64,000 bases of DNA from Macrostomum lignano (Eukaryota), in the NCBI GenBank assembly GCA_002269645.1, contig NIVC01000632.1, positions 310,001 to 374,000 on the forward strand, written 5' to 3'. Below the pieces are notes generated by a model. That model ran no database searches, was not told where the DNA came from, and saw only the letters and a list, made by a program, of their open reading frames with translations. Of the stretch, positions 22,902 through 34,900 are shown in pieces; within the stretch, counting starts at the first letter, position 1; each line of letters begins with the position of its first letter. The position numbers were made by a program, and so were the translations under genes.

Positions 22902-25900
22902 TCAGACTTCAGTCTGGGCAGCGGCCTTACTAGGCGATTGAGGAGCTGAGGAGCCGGTGATGGAGGAGGCAGACTCCTTATCCTCAGGCAGAGGTTCGCC
23001 GATTGAAAAAGCGGCAAAAGGCAGCTGCTGTTGCTGCTGCTGTGGAGGCTGCTGCTGGCACTGCTGCAGGCACTGCTGCTCGTGAGCGAGGTTGGCAGCG
23101 GACGAGATCAGCTGCGAGTCGATGTGCTGCAGCGCAGAGAAGGAGCCAGTGTTGGTTCGGATGCGGTTCAAGCCCGACTCCTTGCTGGCGGCTCGCTGCA
23201 TCTCCGCGGCGATGCTGAGCTTAGACTGGAAGAAGGCGGCCGGGCCCTCAGTTGATTCCTGGGCCAGCTTGTCCAGGAACTGGCTGCGGTGCTTGGGCTT
23301 GGCGGGGCCCCAGTCCTCCACGGGCTTGAGGAACTCGCGCAGCAGGATCCAGCCGCCCTCACGGCAGTAGCGATAGATGGCGAGGGCCGGGATCCAGGCG
23401 ATGATGAACAGGCCGATGAGGACGCAGAGAAGCTGGAACGGCGGGCTGTACTTGTAGGTGCCGTACGTGATCGGCTCGTTGAAGACGGCCATGAGGATGA
23501 TGAGGATCACCATGACCAGCGGGGTGATCACCACCCAGGTGGCGCGCCAGTAGATGTTGGGCTTGCCACCCACCATGAGGCGGATGTCCTCCGCCAGCTG
23601 CTTGTATGGATAGATGTACATCAGCACTACTAGCTCAACTATACAGCACACCAGCAGTGGGAAGGTTGAAACCGCATTGTCCACCAGGTTCAACAGGTAC
23701 ATGCCGCCGCCGAAGCACATGGTCAGGCCGAGCAGAAACAGAAAACTGCACACGATCACTCTGTAGATCACCGCGTGCTTCTTTGACGCGCCCATCACGC
23801 CCATTGCGCGGAGCTCGTCTTGGAAGGCGCAGAGCACAGTCTCTGTGATTGAGAACTGGATTGGGGAGGGCGGCGGTGTCAGAGCATGTTTTGATGAGAT
23901 GGCCGCATCAGATAAGAGAGCAGTTTGATGAGATGGTCGCATCAGATAAGAGAGCATTTTGATGAGATGGCCGCATCAGATAAGAGAGAGTATTTTGATG
24001 AGATGGCCGCATCAGATAAGAGAGAGCAGTTTGATGAGATGGCCGCATCAGATAAGAGAGAGCATTTTGATGAGATGGCCGCATCAGATAAGAGAGAGCA
24101 GTTTAATGAGATGGCCGCATCAGATAAGAGAGAGCAGTTTGATGAGATGGCCGCATCAGATAAGAGAGCATTTTGCTGAGATGGCCGCATCAGATAAGAG
24201 AGAGCATTTTGATGAGATGGCCGCATCAGATAAAAGAGCATTTTGATGAGATGGCCGCATCAGATAAGAGAGCATTTTGATGAGATGGTCGCATCAGATA
24301 AGAGAGCATTTTGATGAGATGGCTGCACCAAATTTCTGGACATTAGGTCTGCTTATAAAAATTACTGCCAATAAATAATTCAGACAGTTACATGGCCTGA
24401 AGATTTAATAAAACGGTGCTTACTATTCCGGGTAGCTTTGCATTCTCCTCTCTCTTCATAAACCCTAATCAGTCAAAGCAGACAGATTATTTTTTTCGAT
24501 ATTTTTCGCAGCAATTTTCGCAGCTCGTCACGCCCCTTTCTGTCTTTGTGCGTCTAATTAAGGGTTTCCCATTTCCTCGGCAGGTGATGCAAACCGACTG
24601 CAGCTTAGTATTCACCTGGGCTTAAGTCTATTACCTTGCTAAGCTTAAGCAACGCCTTCGATAAATACCTTGCTTTTGTCACCTGAAACTGTATTTTGCC
24701 GCCGCATCTTCTCTTCCTAAGCTCTGCCCGTATTTGGAAAAGCAATTGACGAATTGAAAACGGCAAATATTTTAGGAAGATTATTTTTAACCAGGAAACC
24801 CCTAGGAGTGTAGACTATGCAGAGGGTTTTCGGCTATTTTTAGCATGCTGTCAATGACGTCATGGTCGTAGCTATTTTTAGATAATAGAAGGTACATTTC
24901 CAGCCGGCTATTTTTAGCTAGGAAAATCCTTTGAATGTACATCTCGGATAGTAAGAATCATAGCCTACAGATTTACATGACAACTGTACATTAAGCATAA
25001 ACTATTAAACAATTTATTTTTTAAACCCTAGATATGTACATCTCCAACAGGCTATTTTTAGCCTGGAAAACCCCTAATTCAATGTACACCGCGACTGTCT
25101 ACAAGTGTACATAGGAAATGTACGTTCTTCTAATAAATGGAAAATAGAAAAAAATATCACTCACCTGCGAACCAAAACCCAGCGTGGCCATCATTATGAA
25201 GAACAGAACGGCCCACAGAGGCGACAGCGGCATGTGCGTCAGCGCCTCCGGGTACACCACAAAGGCCAGGCCTGGCCCGCCTTTGGCAACGTCCTCTACT
25301 CTAACGTTCTTCTTGTGCGCCATGAAGCCGAGGTTGCAGAAGATGACAAAGCCGGCAAAGACCGAGGTGGCGCAGTTGATCAGGGCCACAATCACAGCGT
25401 CTCGCTGGCAGTTGTTGCGGAATTTATTGTACGAGCTCATGGCTATGAGGCCGCCGTTGCAGCAGGACAGGCTGAAGAAAATTTGCGTGGCCGCCTCCAT
25501 CCACACCTGCGATGGTGAAAGAAGGGTGAGAAAAGTGAGAAAAATACGAGATAACTTGGTAAAAAGTACATAAAGATAGATACAATCAAGGCTGAGGTTG
25601 ATAGAATCCATTATGAGATTGATACAATCCATTATGAGATTGATACAATCCATTATGAGATTGATACAATCCATTATGAGATTGATGCAATCCATTATGA
25701 GATTGATGCAATCCACTATCAGATTGATACAATCCATTATGAGATTGATACAATCCGCTATGAGATTGATACAATCTATTATGAGATTGATGCAATTCAT
25801 TATGAGATTGATAGAATCTATTATGAGATTGATACAATCCATTATGAGATTGATAGAATCCATATGAGATTGATAGAATCCATATGAGATTGATAGAATC

Positions 25901-28900
25901 CATATGAGATTGATAGAATCCATTATGAGATTGATACAATCCGCTGAGATTGATACAATCCATTATGAGATTGATACAATCCGCTGAGATTGATGCAATC
26001 CATTATGAGATTGATACAATCCGCTATGAGATTGATACAATCTATTATGAGATTGATGCAATTCATTATGAGATTGATAGAATCTATTATGAGATTGATG
26101 CAATCCATTATGAGATTGATAGAATCTATTGAGATTGATTGGATTTATTATAAGATTGATAGAATCCAATATAAGATTGATACAATCCATTATGGTATTG
26201 ATAGAATCTATTATGAGATTGATAGAATCCACTATGAGATTGATAGAATCCATATGAGATTGATAGAATCCATATGAGATTGATACAATCCATTATGAGA
26301 TTGATACAATCCATTATGAGATTGATACAATCCGCTATGAGATTGATGCTGCAATGCAATCAGTGGTATGAGATTTTTATCTCTCAATTTAACTCAGGCA
26401 TATGAGAGAGAGATGCGGAGACAGGCACAGCCCATAAGTCGCAGGTCAGAGAGGGACAGCAGTTTCAACGCACCTTATAGTCCAGCAGGCGACCCCACTT
26501 GGGCTTGACGTAGAACAGCACGCCTTGCAGCGCGCCGGGCAGGGTGGCGCCCCGGATGAGCATGGCTGTGAGCATCAGGTAGGGGAAGATGGCGGTAAAG
26601 TAGGACACTTTGCCCAGCGACTGGATGCCTTTGATCAGCACCAGGGTGACGACGATCCAGGCTATGAAAAGAGCTATGGCTAGCCGCCAATTAAAATCGC
26701 CGTAGTCCTCAATACTGGATGTCAGCCGCAGCACATAGCGCCTGGGGTGCGTTTAAATTCAATATTTTATGTTATTGTGAAAATTTATAACAATAATTAA
26801 AAGTGCACGTGCACTTTTCAGGAAAAGCCCCCTGCTTGGATTCTGATTTTTGTACTTTTAAAGTTTGCATGCACTTGTAATACAAACCTTATACTTTAAA
26901 AGTGCACACGTACTTTTGGGAAATATTTCCACTGCTTTGATTCGTACATGCTGATGCATGTACTTTCAACGTACGCGTGCACTTTTGTATCACGTTATTT
27001 TACAGGATAATTTGATCTGTGGTGTGTTTAAGTTTAAGATTTTCTGTTGCTATGAAGCTTCCTAACAATATTTTAAAAGTACACATGCAGATTTTAGAAC
27101 AAGCCCCCGTGCTTGTGTTCTGATTTTTGCACTTCTAAAGTACGCATCCATGCACTTACAATACAAACCTTATACCGCTACTTCAAAAGTGCACATGCAC
27201 TTTAGGAAAACGCATTTTCCAATGCTTTTATTCGTACACGCTAATTTATGTCCTTTCGAAGTACACGTGCACTTTCGTATAAAGTTTTTTACAGGATAAT
27301 TCGATAGTATTCCACAAAAACTGATGTTTTGTACTTTTAAAGTAAATAAAAATCTGTGCTTCTCGTAATTATCAAGAAGGCCCAGAATTTACTTCGAGTT
27401 TAAAAGTACATTTTTACTACCCCAATTTACAAAACAACCGAGGCTTACTCATAAAACTCCTCGGATGGGGCGCGGCATTTCGTGCTCACATTGGTGCTGT
27501 TGACTGGAATGAAATTGGGAATGAGAACATAGGGTCGCTTTTTCATCGCTGGATTCACACCAATTGACAGTTGCTGCGTGAGTGTCAATTTTACCTAATG
27601 ATTTACGATCGTATAAAGGCGTTTTTAATGCTTGCTAACTTGTCTAGTTTAAAGTCATGTCCAAGTAGTTTTATGGCATCCCCTAATAACCTTCATAGAA
27701 TATCCTAATATCTCCATGGAATCCCCTAATAACCTTCATGGAATCCCCTAATAGCTTTATGGAATCTTCTAAGAGGGGCCTGTAGCCCAGCGGTAGCGCA
27801 GCTGCTCTGGCGTGCCAGCGACCCAGGCTCGATTCCAAGTGCAGTCACATTAATTTGGCGCAGTGAAGTGTACATGCCTAACGATAAATAAAGTTAGGGC
27901 CGCTGTACACTCCTGTGTGAGTGTGTGCCTGCGTACGTATTCGCGCGCTTGTATGCCTGTTCAGGGGAGTCGGCGGAATGGGCAGCAATGCCTCTCGCCG
28001 GTTGTGTGCCTATGTCGCTTAAAGTGCGCCAGGGTGCACACAACCCCCTGCCTCTAATAAAAAAATGGAATCTCCTAATAGCTTCATGGAATCTCCTAAT
28101 AGCTTCATGGAATCTCCTAATAGCTTCATGGAATCCCCTAATAGCTTCATGGAATCCCCTAATAGCTTCATGGAATCCCCTAATAGCTTCATGGAATCCC
28201 CTAATAGCTTCATGGAATCCCCTAATAGCTTCATGGAATCCCCTAATAGCTTCATGGAATCCCCTAATAATCTTCATGGAATCCCCTAATAGCTTCATTC
28301 AATCTCCTAATAGCTTCATGGAATCTCCTAATAGCTTCATGGAATCTCCTAATAGCTTCATGGAATCCCCTAATAATCTTCATGGAATCCCCTAATAGCT
28401 TCATTCAATCTCCTAATAGCTTCATGGAATCCCCTAATAACTTCATGGAATCTCCTAATAGCTTCATGGAATCCCCTAATAGCTTAATGGAATCTCCTAA
28501 TAGCTTCATGAAATCCCCTAATAGCTTCGCAGCAGCCAGGCAGCCAATTCAGCACTCACACGAGCACTCCAGTTCCCCCGTGAAGTTCCAGTACGCTCCG
28601 CCATAGCTAATAGCCTCAGTGGCATTTTCGCTCTCCCCCGGAGATCTGTACTCTCGGCACAGGCCGCTCCGCCATGACTCGTCGCAACTTTCCCAAGGCA
28701 GTCTGGCCTGGAAACTGTGGACCAGGTAGAACAGGCACTGGGCCACGATCACGTTGTAGTAAGAGGACAGGATCAGTGATACCATCACCATAGCAACGCC
28801 GAGGCCTGGAAACATGATTTATGTCATTTCGAAGTAACTAATTAAATGACGAGGCGATTCTTTATTTAAAATTTAATAATAGCTACTCCAGCCGTTTACC

Positions 28901-31900
28901 CATGATTTGAAGTGAATTTTAATGAAAAAATGGCTTTCTGAGACGGAGGACTCAAGTGTACTTTTAAAGCCAAGTGGCTCTTGCAGGGTGGATGCAGTCC
29001 CAGGGGACAAGGAGGTCAGACGATGCAGACAGTTTACATGCGTTGTCCTAGATGATTACAAAGATAATTACAAACTTAAAATAGAAATTACCGATGCATT
29101 GTTGTCTCACATTATTATTCTATTTTATAACCTCACTTGAATTGGATTTTTTCCAGTTTTCTGAACTTCCAGAACTTTCTGAATAATTGGGATAAAAACA
29201 GGAACCCAATCACGCACTACACGGAGCTGTTGCACGTTCAATCCACGGATCAACACTGGTTATTCTGGATCGAGCTATCTACTCTCTAATCAGCTCTTCG
29301 AATCTCCACTATCCACTATCTACTCTCTAATCAGCTCTTCGAATCTCCACTATCCACTATCTACTCTCTAATCAGCTCTTCGAATCTCCACTATCCACTA
29401 TCTACTCTCTAATCAGCTCTTCGAATCTCCACTATCCACCATCTACTCTCTAATCAGCTCTTCGAATCTCCACTATCCACTATCTACTCTCTAATCCGCT
29501 CTCCACTATCCACTACCTACTCTCTAATCCGCTCTCCACTATCCACTATCTACTCTCTAATCCGCTCTCCACTATCCGCTACCTATTCTCTAATCCGCTC
29601 TCCACTATCCACTACCTACTCTCTAATCCACTCTCCACTATTCGCTACCTACTCTCTAATCCGCTCTCCACTATCCGCTACCTACTCTCTAATCCACTCT
29701 CCACTATCCGCTACCTACTCTCTAATCCGCTCTCCACTATTCGCTACCTACTCTCTAATCCGCTCTCCACTATCCGCTACCTACTCTCTAATCCGCTCTC
29801 CACTATCCGCTACCTACTCTCTAATCCACTCTCCACTATCCGCTACCTACTCTCTAATCCGCTCTCCACTATCCGCTACCTACTCTCTAATCCACTCTCC
29901 ACTATCCGCTACCTACTCTCTAATCCGCTCTCCACTATTCGCTACCTACTCTCTAATCCACTCTCCACTATCCGCTACCTACTCTCTAATCAGCTCTCCA
30001 CTATCCGCTACCTACTCTCTAATCCACTCTCCACTATCCGCTACCTACTCTCTAATCCACTCTCCACTATCCGCTACCTACTCTCTAATCCACTCTCCAC
30101 TATCCGCTACCTACTCTCTAATCAGCTCTCCACTATCCGCTACCTACTCTCTAATCCACTCTCCACTATCCGCTACCTACTCTCTAATCCACTCTCCACT
30201 ATCCGCTACCTACTCTCTAATCCACTCTCCACTATTCGCTACCTACTCTCTAATCCGCTCTCCACTATCCACTACCTACTCTCTAATCCGCTCTCCACTA
30301 TCCGCTACCTACTCTCTAATCCACTCTCCACTATCCGCTACCTACTCTCTAATCCACTCTCCACTATCCGCTACCTACTCTCTAATCCACTCTCCACTAT
30401 CCGCTACATACTCTCTAATTCACTCTCCACTATTCGCTACCTACTCTCTAATCCGCTCTCCACTATCCACTACCTACTCTCTAATCCGCTCTCCACTATC
30501 CACTACCTACTCTCTAATCCGCTCTCCAGTATCCGCTACCTACTCTCTAATATGCTCTCCACTATCCGCTACCTACTCTCTAATCCACTCTCCACTATTC
30601 GCTACCTACTCTCTAATCCGCTCTCCACTATTCGCTACCTACTCTCTAATCCACTCTCCACTATTCGCTATTCACCTTCTTGCCCTCGACATGAACTCCT
30701 CTCTCCGTGCACTACACTTCGTCCGCTTGCGCTTTCTAACCCCGGCCACTCACCTTTAAACAGCGGGCTGACCCGCCAGATGGTCAGCGGGCCAAGGCTG
30801 GCGAACTGGCCGAAGCTGAGCTCCAGAAAGAAGCAGGGCAGGCCGACCAGGGCCAGCATGAGGCAGTAGGGCAGGAGGAAGGCTCCTGCGGTTAACAGAT
30901 GGGGCGTTTGACTTTAAGGGGCGGTTTTCTGGCGAAAATTGAGCAAGTTTTATATTTATCAGAGTGGGATGCTGGGAAAATATTGTATATTTCTGAGATA
31001 TCTGGGAAGAGTCAGTGGGATTTGGGATTTCGGAATCTAGAGCGTGTCTATGGGATTTCGGATCTGGGTAGCTGGGATGAGTCAGTGCAGGATTTGGGAT
31101 CAGGGTGTCTGGGAAGAGTCAGTGGGATTTGGGATCAGGATGTCTGGGAAGTGGGTGAGATTTGGGATCAGGATGTCTAGGAAGAGTCGGTGGGGTTTGG
31201 GATCAGGATGTCTAGGAAGAGTCAGTGAGATTTGGGATCAGGGTGTCTGGGAAGAGTCAGTGGGATTTGGGATCAGGGTATCAGGGAAGTCAGTGGGATT
31301 TGGGATCAGGATGTCTAGGAAGAGTCAGTGGGGTTTGGGATCAGGATGTCTGGGAAGAGTCGGTGAGATTTGGGATCAGGGTGTCTGGGAAGAGTCAGTG
31401 GGATTTGGGATCAGGGTATCAGGGAAGTCAGTGGGATTTGGGATCAGGATGTCTAGGAAGAGTCAGTGGGGTTTGGGATCAGGATGTCTGGGAAGAGTCG
31501 GTGAGATTTGGGATCAGGGTCTCTGGGAAGAGTCAGTGGGATTTGGGATCAGGGTATCAGGGAAGTCAGTGGGATTTGGGATCAGGATGTCTAGGAAGAG
31601 TCAGTGGGGTTTGGGATCAGGATGTCTGGGAAGAGTCAGTGAGATTTGGGATCAGGGTATCAGGGAAGTCAGTGGGATTTGGGTTTAGGATGTCTAGGAA
31701 GAGTCAGTGGGGTTTGGGATCAGGATGTCTAGGAAGAGTCAGTGAGATTTGGGATCAGGGTGTCTGCGAAGAGTCAGTGGGATTTGGGATCAGGGTATCA
31801 GGGAAGTCAGTGAGATTTGGGATCAGGGTGTCTGGGAAGAGTCAGTGGGATTTGGGATCAGGGTATCAGGGAAGTCAGTGGGATTTGGGATCAGGGTGTC

Positions 31901-34900
31901 TGGGAAGAATCAGTTCCCAGTTCCCATGGATTTTAATCCCAGCCTCACCTCCGCCATTCTTGTAGCACAGGTAGGGAAATCGCCACACGTTTCCCAAGCC
32001 AACGGCGTAACCAATGGCGGTGAGGAAGAACTCCACCTTGCCGCCCCAGGCTGCTCGTCCCTGCTGGGCTGCATCAACTGGCAAATCGCCGGTTTCAACG
32101 TTCGACTGGGGATCGGCGGCGTTCGAGTTTGAGGTCGCCATAGCGGCGGCGGCCGCCGCGGCTGCGACAGGTCCCAGCTCTTGGTTGGCGACCGCGAATG
32201 GCTGAGTCTCCTCTGGATTGTACACTTTCTCGTCACTCTGGGGGTGCGAGTTTTTGTAGGGATGATGGGACTGAGAAGTCTGGTCTGGTATCTCCCTCCT
32301 CCTCAGAGTGCGAGCAGGGATCAGGGTCTGGTATCTCCCTCCTCTGTGTGCGAGCAGGGATCATGGTCTGGTATCTCCCTCCTCCTCAGTGTGCGAGCAG
32401 GGATCAGGGTCTGGTAACTCCCTCCTCCTCAAAGTGCGAGCAGGGATCAGGGTCTGGTATCTCCCTCCTCTGTGTGCGAGCAGGGATCAGGGTCTGGTAT
32501 CTCCCTCCTCTGTGTGCGAGCAGGGATCATGGTCTGGTATCTCCCTCCTCCTCAGTGTGCGAGCAGGGATCAGGGTCTGGTAACTCCCTCCTCCTCAAAG
32601 TGCGAGCAGGGATCAGGGTCTGGTATCTCCCTCCTCCTCAAAGTGCGAGCAGGGATCCAGGTCTGGTATCTCTCTCCTCATTGTGTGAGCAGGGATCCGA
32701 GTCTGATATCTCCCTCTTCATTGTTGTGAGCAGGGATCCGAGTCTGATATCTCCCTCTTCATTGTTGTGAGCAGGGATCCGAGTCTGGTATCTCCCTCTT
32801 CATTGTTGTGAGCAGGGATCCGAGTCTGGTATCTCCCTCTTCATTGTTGTGAGCAGGGATCCGAGTCTGGTATCTCCCTCTTCATTGTTGTGAGCAGGGA
32901 TCCGAGTCTGGTATCTCCCTCTTCATTGTTGTGAGCAGGGATCCGAGTCTGGTATCTCCCTCTTCATTGTTGTGAGCAGGGATCCGAGTCTGGTATCTCC
33001 CTCTTCATTGTTGTGAGCAGGGATCCGAGTCTGGTATCTCCCTCTTCATTGTTGTGAGCAGGGATCCGAGTCTGGTATCTCCCTCTTCATTGTTGTGAGC
33101 AGGGATCCGAGTCTGGTATCTCCCTCTTCATCGTTGTGAGCAGGGATCCGAGTCTAGTATCTCCATCCTACTAAGTTCAAGGTGTTAGGCTTGGGGTCTG
33201 GCATCTCCCTCCTAAGTCTAAATGTTTTATTTAAATAATCTCAGCTTATAGCCAGTTTATAGACAGAATAAAGTTAGACATTAAAGCATTAATTGGATTG
33301 CAGGCTCCCAAGGGTTTATTCGCGCTGAACTCCTTCCTGCAGCTCTAAATAGGTTTGCTCCGCCCCCTCGCCTGTTTATCGAGATCCCCATCTCCTAAAG
33401 GGCTTCGTACTTTTGCTCTCTGCCCCTCGAGTCGGGTACCTCTTAATATTAACTTCTGCTTTATTTTTCCCTCATACCTTGGGCAGCAAAGCTGGTGAAA
33501 TTATCGTGCTAACTAGTGTGCTATCTGTGTGCTGTTCTGGGCTAACTAGTGTGCTATCTGTGTGCTGTCCTGGGCTAACTAGTGTGCTATCTGTGTGCTG
33601 TCCTGGGCTAACTAGTGTGCTATCTGTGTGCTGTCCTGGGCTAACTAGTGTGCTATCTGTGTGCTGTTTCTGGGCTAACTAGTGTGCTATCTGTGTGCTG
33701 TTTCTGGGCTAACTAGTGTGCTATCTGTGTGCTGTTTCTGGGCTAACTAGTGTGCTATCTGTGTGCTGTTTCTGGGCTAACTAGTGTGCTATCTGTGTGC
33801 TGTTTCTGGGCTAACTAGTGTGCTATCTGTGTGCTGTTTCTGGGCTAACTAGTGTGCTATCTGTTTCTGGGCTAACTAGTGTGCTCTGTTTCTGGACTAA
33901 ATAGTGTGCTAAGCCTGTGCTGTTCTGGGCTAAATAGTGTGCTATCTGTTTCTGGACTAAATAGTGTGCTAAGCCTGTGCTGCTCTGGGCTAACTATAGT
34001 GTGCTTTGCATGTGTCAGTCAATCACTGTGTTCTCTGTCAGTGCGTGACGCTTTGGACTAGCGCGCCGAGTGTCTTGGCCACTTGAGTACAGCCAGGCAG
34101 TAATCATTTAGAGAAGAGCTGCGCAGGGCTTTCATAGCTCAACTCCATACTATAAAAAATTGGACAGTCTTGGCTGTCAAGGTAGGAGAAAGAAACGTAA
34201 TTGCTTCTACTGCTGCTGCAGAAGAAAATGAAGAGCCGGCAATGGAGGAGGCGGGGAGACTGCAGGAGAATAATCGTTACTCCGCCGTTCTGATCGCCCT
34301 TAGTCTGCTTCAAAGCTCCTTCTGCAGCACGTAGTTTTTCATCCTGCAGTCCGGTCTATCCATCCATCCAAGCGCTTTCTAATCCTTTGCGGCCTTCCCC
34401 AAATCTCCCTCACAGGTCCTAATAATTCATATTTGTTCTTCTTCCTACTTCTCTCTCTCTCTCTTTACCTGGCCAAGCAAGCAAGCTAGGCAAAAGAGGA
34501 AGCAGGAAATATAAGCCGGTTCTTCATATCGTTACGCTCGTGTCATGACGCGAATGATATCGCAAGCATCAGGTCTGTCTTATAGAATACTATCATTTCA
34601 AGCTATATATAATATAGGAAGTCTGCCCCGAGGCACAGATATGCATGACGACTAGATCGAAACCTTATTATTCCATTGAAAGTGTGTTGCATAAGGATGT
34701 TTATCGTATAGAAAATAGCAATCTAAAAATATCCCTGTCATTCACCAGGATATTACAGTCTTGCACGCGAATAAACAGACTGATCGAGTGCTCTGCTCCA
34801 TACATGTAGATGCACGCGATTCATGCCAAAAATCTATTATTAATAAAAATTATTAATCCCCACGCAGGTAAAACTGTAATTAATCTTTTGTAACTGTTAA

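Noticed and set aside
27775-27850. Functional tRNA gene
   Set aside because: No cloverleaf or acceptor stem, and it continues into a SINE body and A-tail.
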